DNA of 62,036 nt, counting the filler, from Squatina squatina (Eukaryota): NCBI GenBank assembly GCA_031763465.1. It is 3 parts of 3 records of this genome, joined end to end, with 100 filler letters (N's around TTAATTAATTAA, not from the genome) between each part and the next. Parts side by side here need not be neighbours in the genome. Positions count along the whole stretch, not along the records: positions 1 to 29,555 come from JARFOE010000100.1; positions 29,656 to 48,986 come from JARFOE010000004.1; 1 more part is not named here. One strand, 5' to 3'. The position numbers were made by a program, and so were the translations under genes. Below are positions 23,462 through 37,200 of this stretch, one piece after another. The notes beneath the pieces were generated by a model. It was given only the letters and a program-made list of their open reading frames with translations. It did not search any database and was not told the DNA's origin. Position 1 is the stretch's first letter, and each line of letters starts with the position of its first letter.

Positions 23462-23944
23462 ATTGCATCGCTGTCCTCGGCTCCACATCGGAGTCTGAGA
23501 CTTTACGGGCTATCTCTTGCTAGGTGGCCCGGTGTACAGCTGGGGCAGCCCTTCTCCCAGATGCTGGGAAGAGCTGCCCCCTCCTCCTCTCCACCCCAGA
23601 CGCCAGTATCTCCAGAGTCTCATCCGAAAACCGATGACTCCTACTCATTGCTGCCATTTGCCAGAAAGTTTGAAGCCAAAGAAGCTGCAGAAGTGTGAAT
23701 ATGAATGAAGTCAGCGGGAATGCAATTGAACGATCTGGGTCACCTGATAGAGCTGTGAGCAGTCAAGAGAGCGCCCCTACAGCAACTCCAGGCAGCTGTC
23801 AGTGCCTCTAACAGTGCCACGCCTGGTCAGAATTAAAACGTTTGCGAGTTTCGCAGCTCAATGACGCTATTAACGCCGGGTGCTGTTTGGGCACTAAACA
23901 GTGCTGCAGCTTTTCAAACATAGCAAAAGCCAATTTCGGCCCCC
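23462..23944 (-). mobile_element. Second PIF/Harbinger remnant: Myb/SANT-like ORF with terminal repeat
   Basis: From ATG 23657: MAAMSRSHRFSDETLEILASGVERRRGQLFPASGRRAAPAVHRAT*QEIARKVSDSDVEPRTAMQ (conserved W replaced by stop); TIR-like GCCAATTTCGGCCCCC at about 23929-23944. Confidence 0.8.
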
Positions 23945-24696
23945 TTGACTTTGTGCAATAGTGTAAAACAGGTGAATTCAATGGAAATAAAAATCGGGAG
24001 AGATGTAAAAAGGTCTCCTGACTTACTATCACCCGTTTTCCGCTATCAAGTCAAGATCAACCCCTTTGTCATAGATACTTCAGTTTTACTCATTTTATTT
24101 TCGCAATGCACAACACAAACAAGCTAAAACAGTTATAAAAGGGGGCACTGAATTGTAAGTTAATTCGCTCTTGAAAGTTATTTTACATCTTTTTATTGAT
24201 GTTACTTCAGAATCTGGCCAAATGCCCAGAGGTTGGTTGATTTATAATTTATGTCACTGACCTAGAAATACCAGGTAGAGTTGCTAATGATGATTTTAAC
24301 CACAGAATCAATTTATGAAGCCAGAGTGATAATAAAAATTTATAGGAGCTGAGGATTATGAACAGAATATTGAAATATTTCTCAATAATAAGCCGAATCA
24401 GTAAGAGATATAAATCTCTAGATTATAACTGGAATAATAAGCATTGGTAGGTCCCAGGCCTTTCTTCTACATTAATTGTAGAAGCTACAAATCATCAACC
24501 TTCTCATTTCAGATGTGCTCTCGAGTGATAGCTCCAGAGAAACTTATGCACAGAATCAAGCATTGGAAAAGTACATACACAGTGAAGGGACGCATTCAAC
24601 TCTACGAGTTCATGGACTTATTGTTACTGTAAGTGTTGAAACTCTGCTGAAATGTTACTTTCTCCTTTGAAGAATATTATTTTTATGATCCAGAAT

Positions 24697-25100
24697 ACAT
24701 AGAAACAGGACTCAGCCATTCAGTCCTTCGAGCCTGCTCCGCCATTCAATCAGATCATGGCTGATCCGTACCTCAATTCCATTTATCTGCTTTTAATCTA
24801 TGTCCCTTGATACCCTTACCTTACAAAAATATATCCAGCCCAATTAACCCATCAGCCACAACTTTTTAGGGAAAGAGTTCCAGATTTCCACTACCCTGTT
24901 TGTGTAGAAATACTTCCTTACATCACCCCTGAACACCTGGCTCTAATTTTAAGGTTATGCTCCCTTGTTGTGGAATCCCCCAGTGGAGGAAATAGCTTCT
25001 CTCTATCTACACAATTGAATCCTTTTATAATTTTAAACACCTCAATTAAATCACCCCTCAACCTTCTAAACTTAGGGGAATACAAGCCAAGTTTATTGTT
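24697..25100 (-). mobile_element. CR1 LINE 3' end
   Basis: KLGLYSPKFRRLRGDLIEVFKIIKGFNCVDREKLFPPLGDSTTREHNLKIRAR plus 3' UTR and CATAGAAAC tail. Confidence 0.9.
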
Positions 25101-27053
25101 ATGCAAACCAAGTTTATGTTCAGGTTAAGAACTTAATTTGCAATTTTCCAATCCAAACGCATAATTCCTGAATCGAGAGAACTTTCAAATATTATGATTA
25201 ACACATCTGCAATTTCCTCACTTATTTCTTTTAATAACCTATAATCTGGGATGGAAACCAACAAGCCCTAGAGATTTGACTATCTTAAGTCCCATTACTT
25301 TCTCCATTACCATTTTTTACTTATATTAAAATCAAATGTTCCTCCCCTTGACTTATTTCTAGGTTCCCTCATATTGTATTCTCTCCTCTTTTACTACTGT
25401 GAAAGCCAACAAAGTACTCATTTAACAAGTTTGCCATCTTCTTATTGCTGATCTGTTTTTAATGGACCCACATGTTTCCTTCCCATTCTATAAGGTAGAA
25501 ATTGGATAGCGCCAGTCTGCCGACATGAACTGGGCTTTGGGAACAATCCCTGTGCTGAAACAAGTTGGCCTGAGGCTAGTTCGAAATTAGGCCTTGGTCC
25601 TCATTTAAACTAGACCAGCAAGCTGCAGACACCTGCTACAGATCAGACAGCCCACTGGTGAAGCAGATATCAATTTCTGGCCGCTGCGACACCGGCAACG
25701 ACCCTCAGGTAGGGCCGGAGGTGGGGCGGTGACGAACAGGAGGGGTTTGGGCTGGGGTTGACAGCGGTCTTTGGGACGGCTGTAGAGTCAGGAGGATGAT
25801 TACACTTCTGTGATGCAGCTCAGTACATTTTATTTTCTGATAAAGGCCCTGTATAAATGCAAGTTTTGTTTTGTTGTCGTAAAAGCAAGATCAGACACGT
25901 ATTCTTGCTGCCTATCGCCTCCCTATCCAGCNNNNNNNNNNGCATGGATCAGATGTGAAACTGAGTAGGGTAAGGGATCAAAATTGCAATTGGGGTCCTA
26001 TGTTGGATAGTTCTTTGTCTGTGCCTGTGCCAGCCCTTTGAAAGAGCTATCCTTAATTGGCACGATGGGCCAAAAGGCCTCATTATATGCTGTATCATTC
26101 TATGTACATCATAGGATCTGATTTGCATGTTAAAAATGGCCTCCCGCCTCAAGCAGGTGAGCGCTGTAGCCACCCATCTGAAGGCCTCTACCAAGATGGT
26201 GGTGACAGGAACACGAGCGTAAAAGGGACACCCTANNNNNNNNNNNNNNNNNNNNNNNNNNNNNNNNNNNNNNNNNNNNNNNNNNNNNNNNNNNNNNNNN
26301 NNNNNNNNNNNNNNNNNNNNNNNNNNNNNNNNNNNGGAACAAAATGACACTGGGGCTTGTAACTATTCCATTTGACCCTGATTAGCATATAATTAATGAA
26401 GCTCTTTTCTGTTTCTGGTGGGTGCTCTGGAGACCTGGGTTGAGGTGTGCCCAAAAATCTGGACGGGCAGGAAAGCAGCAATAAGTCAACTATTCTGTTT
26501 TAAGTCCCGTTTTTGTTCCAGTCCTGCCCTGTTTTTAAGTAGGAACTAGGAAACGACCCCTTCAACTGGTGGAGAACTTTCATTGCTGATAGTTATCTGT
26601 GATATAGATTTGAGCAGTAGAGGGCAGATGGGAGCAGTGCACCAGCCTTTGCAGAGAGTCAGGCTCCCAGTGTCTCGCCATTGTTTCAGTATCTCAGTAA
26701 TTGCATCTTTCCACTATATCTCTCACCAGTCTGACTGCAACACAGATCAAAACTGAGAGCTAGGCTTATACACAATGTGCTCATATAGCTAAAGCCTCTT
26801 AGTCAAGTTGCTCCTTGTTAATTCAGTACGCTAAATTTTTCTTATCTGGTATGGATTTTACAAACTGAATGACAACTGATGCTTTTATATCTAATAAATA
26901 ATACAATAACTCAGTAAAACCTATAATAATCACTTGCCACTTTTATATATGTTNNNNNNNNNNNNNNNNNNNNNNNNNNNNNNNNNNNNNNNNNNNNNNN
27001 NNNNNNNNNNNNNNNNNNNNNNNNNNNNNNNNNNNNNNNNNNNNNNNNNNNNN

Positions 27054-28009
27054 GCAAGTACTGCAGGGCTCCTCCAGTGCGGTTCAGGCAGCAGAAGTCA
27101 TGTTCAAGATTCAATCATCTGCTGTATCAGATTTTGTGTGGCAGCATGGCTCTCATTGTACGCATGCTGTCCACATGTGCGTGAGTTGCACAGTGGAGCC
27201 ATGAGCCAGGTGGTCATTGGATAGCCACCCTCTATTTTGTCAGGGTGACTCATATGCAGATGGTAGAGCAGACTGCTGCCAGGATACCGAGCATTGACCT
27301 GCAGGANNNNNNNNNNCATCGGCTGGACATTGAGGGAGCGAAATCCCGTCCGGTTGTGATACATCTCCGAATTGAGATCTGGCACTTGCAAAGCAACGTG
27401 TGTGCAGTCAATGACACCCTGCACCATAGGGAAACCTGCTATCCTGGTGAAGCTGCATGCTCACACTGTCTGCCTCTCTCTGGAAAGAGAGTGAAATATA
27501 TTCAGCTCTCACTGCATACAGAGCCTCACTCACCTCCCTTATACATGAACGGACGGTGAACTGTTAGATGTTACAGATGTCGCCTGCTCCAGCCTGGAAG
27601 GAGCCCAACGTAAAGAAGTTCAAGGTCACGGTCACCTTTACAGCCACTGTTGATTCTGACCTTGCCCTGGACTGAGGCTGCAGGTCTGTCTGCAACTGGT
27701 GGCAGATTTCAGTGAGTACCTCTTTAGTAAAATGGAGACTTTGCGTGCAATATTCATCACTGAGGTTGACCCACCATGAAGCCCATACACTGTCAAAGTT
27801 TGAAGAGATGCCCACAGCATTAAACTGTGTAAAATAGAGTGATAATGCCTGTGGCCTCAAAACTGACAGTTTAAAATTCCGCCAGAATCATCCTCGCAAA
27901 AAATCACCAGTCCTCTATAAGGCCTGCTAGGATCCGACCCCAATGCATTTAAATGGGATCATGTGGATGTCTCTCACTGCTCCAACCCTTTCCACCCAAA
28001 TTCTGCCCC
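27054..28009 (-). mobile_element. PIF/Harbinger (HARBI1-like) DDE transposase, decayed
   Basis: Minus-strand pieces LSDEYC..LHFTKEVLTEIC...VAVKVTVTLNFFTLGSFQAGAGDICNI, GFPMVQGVIDCTHVAL, NRTGFRSLNVQ, VNARYPGSS, GYPMTTWLMAP...YNESHAATQNLIQQ; TIR-like CCAAATTCTGCCCC at the right end. Confidence 0.9.
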
Positions 28010-28234
28010 AAATCTGTCCTGTATAAGTAGTGGTACGAACACTATTAAGATATCCTGAAGCTAGTACTACATTGAGGAGGCCATTTTGGTTAGTTCAACT
28101 GAAGGTCAATGTTACTTTGCTTCCATATTGAACTGTTGGTACTTTGGAACTTCTGTCAGGACTTTTGCTGATGTTTTTAGTTAGGTCTGGCCTGGGAAGA
28201 TGAATTTCCCAATGGAAATCTCTCTATTCCAGTG

Positions 28235-28354
28235 TCCCTGATAACCATGTGTGCAGGAAGTGTATCCAGCTGCAGCTACTGGCAGACCGCATTTCAGCGC
28301 TAGAGCTGAGAATGGATATACAATTGAGCATCCGCGACGCTGAGGACGTCGTGG
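28235..28354 (+). mobile_element. CR1 ORF1 N-terminal zinc-finger/coiled-coil fragment
   Basis: HVCRKCIQLQLLADRISALELRMDIQLSIRDAEDVV is typical of the CR1 ORF1p start. Confidence 0.75.
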
Positions 28355-29555
28355 ANNNNNNNNNNNNNNNNNNNNNNNNNNNNNNNNNNNNNNNNNNNNN
28401 NNNNNNNNNNNNNNNNNNNNNNNNNNNNNNNNNNNNNNNNNNNNNNNNNNNNNNNTCAAGGGGCTGAGTGGCCTCTTCCTACTAATTTCTGTTTTGTCAG
28501 AAGTCAGATTTGGTGGCCTGTGTTTAAGATTTTCAGATCATTCAGATATTGACTTTTTAGGCACAGCAGAGCTCTTGTGCATAGAATTCCCTAAATGATT
28601 TACTAAATCTGGATGTAGCCACAATATGCACACAAATGAGAGAGAGATTTCCTTCTGGGAGGGCTTTATTTACAATAATCATTTTTGGGCAAGGGGGATT
28701 TACAAGATAGCATGAAAGCCAAATTAATAGAAAATCGATGTGACTAGTGTCAAATAATTAAATACAACTAATCTAGTATTTGCATTTAGGTAACAACAGG
28801 GTTGTTTGGTTCCTTTATGTTTGAGTTTCAGGAAGTAAACTACATTAATAGAAGGTGGCAGGAAATTAACAATAGCCCTGTATGTTAATATTAACCTTAT
28901 TATATTTTCAGCAGCTTTGAAGATTTTGCTTTGACTTGCTTTCCTTAGATACTTCTTCATTTGACATTTGAGCCTGTGCTGTTCAGTAATTCCAGTTCCT
29001 TGCATGCTTGCAGAAGCAGTCTTTTGTTTACATAGCGTGAGATAAAAAATACCTTTACAAATGTATCGTGGCCCTAAGCAATACAAATCAGGCACCTCTG
29101 GGCACCTCAGTATTAGCGTTTACATATGGGCGAAGACACCTCTTACAAAAACTATCTGTCATAATGCAGGCAACAGGTTTTAAAGGTTCTCTGTGGAAAA
29201 GATGGAGTGCTGAGTCCACAGAAAGTGATATATATGTGGTCTTATGTTTATTCTCCAATCCATTCGTGCTATTTACAATCAACGCTTAGCTTATTAATCA
29301 GTTTAATGACAGTACTGAAATGCATTATCAAGGGTAATGAACTTAGTAATATGACAGCAAATGGGCATGAGTAGAAAAGAATCAAACATAGTGTTTTAAT
29401 GAGTGCTTCCAGATGTATACAATAATCTACTTGTTAATGCATAATTGGGTGTTTTTGCAACTATTCCCTAGGCAGAATTACACAGGAAAGAGTATCAATG
29501 GCTGAGGACATCTCTTGTGGAATGCAATGAGCAGGTAAACTTTTTCTGCTGCGTA

Positions 29556-29655
29556 NNNNNNNNNNNNNNNNNNNNNNNNNNNNNNNNNNNNNNNNNNNNT
29601 TAATTAATTAANNNNNNNNNNNNNNNNNNNNNNNNNNNNNNNNNNNNNNNNNNNN
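29556..29655. other. Artificial scaffold linker (44N-TTAATTAATTAA-44N)
   Basis: Palindromic 12-mer with stop codons in all six frames at 29600-29611, centred in N; gene content differs on either side. Confidence 0.95.
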
Positions 29656-31841
29656 CCTTTATCTGCTTTTAATCTTTTACATGCGCTAATTGGAAAAGTG
29701 AAAGGAAACTCCAGGAATGAGAGTTTATCCCTTTCATATTGATGGACTGTGCCATATATTGTAAGAGTCAGGATTTCCAGTATTTATATTTGAATTTTTG
29801 AATCCCTAATTGTCCCAGGAGACTGTGCTGGCTACTTTTGTCAGCCATGAATTCTTTTTGAAAGGAATGTTTCTTGCTCCCCATAGATCCTAAGCCGCTT
29901 ACAGCATTTTTCCAAAGATGACACACCTCTGGAACTGCTTACTTGTAATGGTAAAGTAATGCATTTTGGAATCCAAATATATGGTTGTTAAGCATTATAA
30001 AAATCTCTTTGAATTTTGACTTTTAATCCACTCTGTAAAAAGACAAAAAATACAATTGTTAATGTCTGTCCTTCCATTTGAATTTACAGGTCTTCTGTTT
30101 ATTGTTTATAACCGTGACCAACTTTAAATAATATGTAACTAACCAGCTACAGAAAATAAGCTGTTTTTTCTTACTTTGAAAGTCTAGATGTAAAACTTTA
30201 GGGATTTAAGGCTACTGGGTTGCAGGAATTAAAAGTATGTTTTGCTTGTAGATGACTGCCCATAAAGTGTATTTTTTATTGTTGTGCTTCTGCCTCTTCC
30301 CTCCTCAAACAGGAGAATATCCAGTCCATCTCAGATTTTTGTACATTAAGGTGCTGATTCCCATGCAAATCATTGATGATACAGACTGTGTATTAATAAT
30401 TGAAAGGATGCTAAAATAAATTTATCCCTGTGGTTAAGTGTTAAGTTGTAGGCAGTCGTGCTGATAATAACTATGATTGCAATGTTCTCAGTGTAAGGAA
30501 GCCACTTTGTTTGGAATTCCAGAATCTCCTGCATACAATTAAGTGCAGACTGTATCAGATAGAGTGAGAACCTGCGCCATTGTGTCGGTCTGCTTTTTTT
30601 TCCCAACTCAAAGTCCTATGTCTTAAATTGTGGCAACCCGGTGTAGCACCAAAGCACACGGCCTCTCGACAGGAATAGATTGGATTGGTCAGATATTGGA
30701 ATTCTGTTAATTTATTTGGCTTGTCCAGGTTCTTATGTTCCTTTCCTAGGTTTCTCAGAAGACAACGGTGTTGACAGTAGATGACGAACCTCCAGAAAAT
30801 ATTATATGACCTGTCCTTTTAAAGAGAAGCATACAAAAGAGGAGCAATGTTCTTTAGGTTATATGGTGACACCAGCAATTAGTCTCATACTCCTTAGATG
30901 GCTATACAGAGAACAAATAAAGTAGACTGGGGAAAGGTTAAGGGTCATTCCAGCCCTGCTTTTTCAGCATCCCTCTATCAGGCTCCAGTTGATAGAACCA
31001 TAGAATGTTACCATGCTGAAACAGGCCATTCAGCCATCAAGTTTGGATTGATGTTTTTCTCCACAAACAACCTAGTCTAATTCCACCCTCCTGCTTACTC
31101 TCCACATATCCTTTAATATTCCACTTTTTTTTTCAAAACAACTGTTCAATTTCCTTTTAATAAAATTTATGGACTCTGCTTCAACAGTCAGTTGCAGAGA
31201 ATTCCACATCCTAACATCCTCTGACATTTTCCTAACCTCCCCTTTATATTGTTGTGATTATAAATTTGTGCCTTCTAATTGCCATCTCGCTGGCCAGTGG
31301 AAGCAATCTATCATTATTTTACAGACTTTTTAAGGGAGACTGGGAACAAAAACTAGGCTTCCAAATAACGGAGGAGGAATGAAGTGAAATGTAGAGACAA
31401 ATGCAATTCTAGAGCATATACTGCCTGTATCACAGCATCCCACATAAACTATAGCCCTCTCCGGCAGATGAATTTGGCTGAGGCTAGACACTTCAACACA
31501 CCTGTTGATCATGGCTCCATATGCATTCTAGAAGTCCAGAATTCCCCAAATGCCATGATTGACTCCACAGTTCAAATCCCATGGGGATTAATGATCCCTG
31601 TAGTATACAGGCTGGCACAATGCTCTCTACTAGTACNNNNNNNNNNNNNNNNNNNNNNNNNNNNNNNNNNNNNNNNNNNNNNNNNNNNNNNNNNNNNNNN
31701 NNNNNNNNNNNNNNNNNNNNNNNNNNNNNNNNNNNNAAGAAAGTTTATATTATAAGGAAGCGGTCACCAACATGCGGTTTTAAATATGGCAGGTTTACTA
31801 GAGTGTGATCATTTTCAATAGTTGCTTTATTTTTCTTGCAG

Positions 31842-32002
31842 ACATTGAGCTACAGGATGTCTTTGGACTGAATGGACAAATAGAACATAAATTAACTTTC
31901 CTCAGGAAAAATGTGCCAAAGGATATCAAGCTTGTGCTGATTGGCCATTCTATTGGTTGTCATATGATATTAGAAATGATGAAGCGTGAACCAGAACTAC
32001 AG
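31842..32002 (+). CDS. LDAH: Lipid droplet-associated hydrolase exon with GxSxG nucleophile elbow
   Basis: TTTTCTTGCAG/GTACGT-bounded; DIELQDVFGLNGQIEHKLTFLRKNVPKDIKLVLIGHSIGCHMILEMMKREPELQ. Confidence 0.93.
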
Positions 32003-33738
32003 GTACGTGCTCTGATTGGACCATTGTGATGATTGTACAACAGGTTGATGCAGATCATGTTCACACCGTACTTAATGACTGACGTTCTGATGCTGATACT
32101 TGCATGTTTTATCAGTCAAGATTTGAGTGGTATAAACTTGCGCATCATCTGGCCTGTTGTGTGCTTCTAATGTACCATGACTTAGTCATTTTTTATTACA
32201 AAATTTTGAATTTTTTCTCATTATTACAATATTTTGATAGAGACACTTTACATTGATGTACTAAATAAAGGCATTTGATTATGCATGTACAGGGCGGTTA
32301 GTGCAACACATGTCAGGGTTCGTATTTCTGACCTCAAGAAAAACTTAACAGCTCCAATGTTCAGTCAGCATTATAANNNNNNNNNNNNNNNNNNNNNNNN
32401 NNNNNNNNNNNNNNNNNNNNNNNNNNNNNNNNNNNNNNNNNNNNNNNNNNNNNNNNNNNNNNNNNNNNNNNNNNNNGAACATCAGTGTAACCTTCTCTAT
32501 CATAGATACTTTGCATTATATGTTACTGTCATGATTTAGATTTTGGATAATCATCACAAAAGGATTTTGGTGTAATTTATATTAAAATGATAAGTCATTT
32601 AGCTCACAAGGGATTAATTCTGCAGAGCAGCTGCATGCTGATGAATGTGCATTAGGTCTAGACGAACTGGTTGGTGAAGTGGTGCTGCCTGCATTCCACT
32701 TCAACTTGAAACGACGTGAGTCTTTTAGACATCCCTGTAAATATCCATGCCCATTATGTTGGGATGGCTCCATTCAGTCCAGCCAGTGGGGCTAGTTGCA
32801 GGGAATCTGCACTCTAGAGGGATCGTAGCTGTTTTAATTGGCAGCCTGACTTGCCAATCCCTGCACACAGGGAGCTGGGAGAGGGTCAGTGGTCAAGTAC
32901 TTAGTTTCCTGTTTAGCTGTGAAACAAAGGAGATTTATTTTTTAAAAACTGTCTGATTCGATTTGAAAGGACTTAAAAGGTATGGATGATTCACAGAGNN
33001 NNNNNNNNNNNNNNNNNNNNNNNNNNNNNNNNNNNNNNNNNNNNNNNNNNNNNNNNNNNNNNNNNNNNNNNNNNNNNNNNNNNNNNNNNNNNNNNNNNAC
33101 AGGTTTGCCAAGTTGCAGCCCTTTTCCTCTTCATTCACCAAGAAATAAGCATGACATGCATATTCCACAACCTAACGATTACTATATACCACAAAGTGTT
33201 GCTTATTTGAAGTGTGTGCATAATAGTAACCTTTCTCTTCCTCCCACTGAATGGAAACAAAATTGAAAGAACAAAGTTGCAAGATTCACCTAATACTACT
33301 TTTTGTATAATGGAAGTGCATGATTCGTGTAGAAAAGCATATCTGCGATTTCCGTCGATTAAACAAATACTTTTCTGGTGTTTGCTTTAAAAATAAGGTA
33401 CGGATGATTGCAATGTTGTTAAAAGCTGTATGGAAGACATAAAAAGAATTATCCTGTGTTTCTGTGCACTGTCTCCTGTGGCAGTACAATACTCTCTAAA
33501 TTAGTAAGTTATGAACCATTTTTCTTTGGAATTTGACATCGGCTTTCAGTGTTACCAGGCTACTAGTTCGGCCAGTTCAGGCATTTCAGGCAGCCTGTAA
33601 TTATCTGCAAAGGTTATTAATGTACCTGACAAACCTCACTTCACTTCAAAAGAAGGGGGAAACAAGGGCACTATTTCCAGAATTTGATACAGTGCCAGAG
33701 GCTTTACTTATTTGAGTTTTCTCTCACTGGTTCCACAG

Positions 33739-33820
33739 GTTCTGAAAGCGGTATTACTTTTTCCAACAATTGAACGCATGGCCGAGTCACCACAAGGCAA
33801 GCTTATGGCACCAGTACTAT
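33739..33820 (+). CDS. LDAH: LDAH exon, 3' end lost in gap
   Basis: CCACAG acceptor; VLKAVLLFPTIERMAESPQGKLMAPVL (LLFPTIERM.ESP.G motif). Confidence 0.92.
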
Positions 33821-33984
33821 NNNNNNNNNNNNNNNNNNNNNNNNNNNNNNNNNNNNNNNNNNNNNNNNNNNNNNNNNNNNNNNNNNNNNNNNNNNNNNNN
33901 NNNNNNNNNNNNNNNNNNNNCGGCGCTCCCTCGGTACCGCCCCTACGACCGTGCGGCACTCCCTTGGCATCGCCCCTCCGACAT

Positions 33985-34250
33985 TCAGCTGTGTGTCTTG
34001 CGAGGCCATTTCAGTGGGCATTGATGTGGGTCTGGAGTCACATATAGATAAGAACGGCGGATTTCCTTCCCTAAAGGAGATTAGTGAACCAGATGGGTTT
34101 TTCTAACAATCTGGTAGATTCATGGTCATTATTACTGATAATTAAATAAATCTGGAATAAAAAGTAATTGAATTTCAATTCCCCAGCTGCCGTGGTGGGA
34201 TTTGAACTCACGTCGCATTATCATTCGTCCAGTAACATCACCACGGCGCC
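33985..34250 (-). mobile_element. tRNA-derived SINE (Meta-like), second copy
   Basis: GGCGGATTTCCTTCCCTAAAGGAGATTAGTGAACCAGATGGGTTTT shared with 8750-9105; tRNA-like head at the right end (GTTCAAATCCCACC on minus). Confidence 0.65.
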
Positions 34251-37200
34251 ATAGGAGGGTGCTGAAATGTCCAGAATCATAAGATTGAATCAGGGAGCAG
34301 ATACAAGGAGGAGGCTACAGAGACAGAGCAAGGAGAGACCATGGAAGCAATTTGAAAGTGAGGATAGAGTTTGTGAGTTTAATATGTTGGGGAGAGGGTG
34401 CCTGTGCAGGGCAGTGAGGGTAGGAGTGACGTGCGAGGGGATTTAGTTCTTGACAAGCCAAAGGCATCCTTTGAATGGCCTGGCCATCTTTAGCATTTTT
34501 TTTAATGCAAAATTGCCATGGCTTTGAGTGTAAAACAACACAGCTCAAGACTATAAACACTTTAATATTACCAAGTGATGACTGAGTGTACTGTAATTCT
34601 GAAAAACTCCATGTGAACTTCTGGTTTATTATAGTCTGGGCCATAAAATAGGTAATAAAACAAATTACGTGGCTTTATATGTATAACAGTCTGGTTTGGA
34701 CCCATACTTAATGTCCAAAGCAGTCTCCTAAAAATCCACAGTATGTAGCAAAATAATGTTTCGACTATGTTAGACACCTCGTATTAATTTGTGGTAGAAA
34801 TGTTCATCCTGTTATCTGATACACATGCTCCGTATCAATACTAAAATCTGATCCTGGACCCAATTATTTCTCTTGGGGAAGGGGTCATCTGTAATGAATC
34901 ACCATATAATTAAAGTAAAACTGGTGTGTGCTTATTCTCTGGGCCATAAAGCCTGACAATGTGAGGGAATTGGATTAACATTAGAAGAGATACAGCCATA
35001 AACCCAGGCTGCTGATTCCACAAAGGAATGCACAGGACCTGAAGAGACCATTGTGCTCTATCTGGCCTGTCCCAAATACCATGAGTATTAATTCAACAGT
35101 GTTGTACAGTCAAGCTCAGTAACTCCAAATCAGTTTAACAGTTGTCATCATTCCATTAACAGAAATCTTTCACCAAAAAGCAACAAAATACAGAAAAGAA
35201 AATGATAAAAGACTGGATCCTTGTAACTTACTTTCAAATGGGGTGCTGATGGTAACGTGTATTCATTAAGACTATAGCTAGCTTCCCCAGTGGCTTTGTG
35301 GGTAAATGTAGCACGTGTGCCGAGGCTTTCCACCCTGCCTTGCCTAGTGGAGTCCTGCACCTCCAGCAGGGCAGGACTCTACCTATCCCAGAGATTCCCC
35401 ACTGACATANNNNNNNNNNNNNNNNNNNNNNNNNNNNNNNNNNNNNNNNNNNNNNNNNNNNNNNNNNNNNNNNNNNNNNNNNNNNNNNNNNNNNNNNNNN
35501 NNNNNNNNNTGCCTAAGCAGGAACATGCAGAACATTATCAGAAAATGCTGCGCTAGAGCTCTTGTACAAGTCTTGCCAACAGATAAACCTTATGTAAACA
35601 AAACATCTTGCACAGATTGTTTATTTTGGAAAGTTACCTGAATTGGATCCTGCTGCATGCGTCTGATTTGACTGCTGGAGGTGGAAGAATGTGAAGGTTT
35701 GAGCCATAAAGTATTTCTTAAGAGTTGCTACAATCCCCAGTGTGCAATAATTCTTCAAAGCGATAATCAATATTATTATTGTTATTAGTTGGTCAGCTTT
35801 TAATTCAGCTCTAAAGGGCCAAGAGGCAGGAGTATATTACAGCTTTAAAGAGCAAGCAGCTTTCAGTTTCCATTTGTTTATACTTGTATAGGAATACTTA
35901 AAGTAAGATAGATGCTGCAGCTTTAAACATACTAATCATGGGAGACCTCATTTTAAAGGTAGATTGCCTTGGTGTTCTGATCATTTTGTTTTACATGTTT
36001 AGTCTGTATTTGTTCACGAGTATGAGCCAACGTGGTCTTTTCAGTGTGTTCAACACAATACAGGCATTCAGAGCTCACAAACTGCTTCTGTCACTAATGA
36101 AATGTTTCTGCTGTGAAACAGAAGCTAAGTGGTGTTTCAATAGTGTGACACCCGCTGCTCAAACATCACTAATGGATTCCATTAAAACACAAATATAAAT
36201 CACCAAACTCTAGCAGGAGGAAATCACTAAGTTGCTTACTCCAAAATCAAGTGCAGGAATGGGTGCAGTTGGCAGTACCATATGTTTAAGGCATGCTATT
36301 GTTTAAGGTTTTTTTTATTCTGGTTTTTCTTTTTTGCAGATAAGTATTTCTGAGTTCTAAACTGCAAAGGTCAGGTCAACTTTATGTACTCATTTGTATA
36401 CAGCTCACATTTAATCTTGTTAATTGACATGGGAATAATATTTTTTAATGATTTTTCATACTCTGATCGATAATGTAAAACAAATGTTCAGCAGAGGAAA
36501 CTTTTTATTGGCAAAATGCCATTTTATAAATCACTGTAGGGAAGCAAATTCTTTAAGAGCATACTTACGGTCAGACTAACACAACACAGATTCACGATAG
36601 AGCGACAACCCTTCTTACTGTAGACTANNNNNNNNNNNNNNNNNNNNNNNNNNNNNNNNNNNNNNNNNNNNNNNNNNNNNNNNNNNNNNNNNNNNNNNNN
36701 NNNNNNNNNNNNNNNNNNNNNNNNNNNGAAAACCCTTTGTTGTAGTGGCTTCAGTCAGTGTTCACAGGCATTCATCCATTAACTATAACTTGGGTGGGAA
36801 ACCAACTTTGGGATCCCAAAAATTGCATGGCCACCATTTAATTAAATGGGAAGTGGCATGGGCAAAGGGAAACTGGACCAAATTTTGGTCTTCATAAAGA
36901 AGACAAGGTGACGATTAAATCCAAGTGTTTTAACTTGTTTCAAGTTACCAGTATTAGCGAGGGCGAGGTGTTACTGTCCTCAAGAATAAAAGGGGCCAAA
37001 CCACTGAAGGAGATCCGCTAAACGCCGATGTGGTTTCATTTCCTCGGGGCTTCANNNNNNNNNNTCATTGGAAACCTGTTTCTGCTCGAGTTAGGGTGGT
37101 GGAGCGGAACCCTGAGGGAATCCGTAAGAACATAAGAATTAGGAGTAGGATTCAGCCCTTTGAGCCTGCTCCGCCACTCAATAAGATCATGGGCCGCTCT

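Noticed and set aside
27104-27860. Domesticated host HARBI1 gene
   Set aside because: Stops, frameshifts, deletions and an adjacent TIR-like end indicate a dead transposon copy.
29600-29611. TTAATTAATTAA palindrome as a biological site (also 49031-49042)
   Set aside because: Exactly centred in N runs and identical twice; an assembly spacer.
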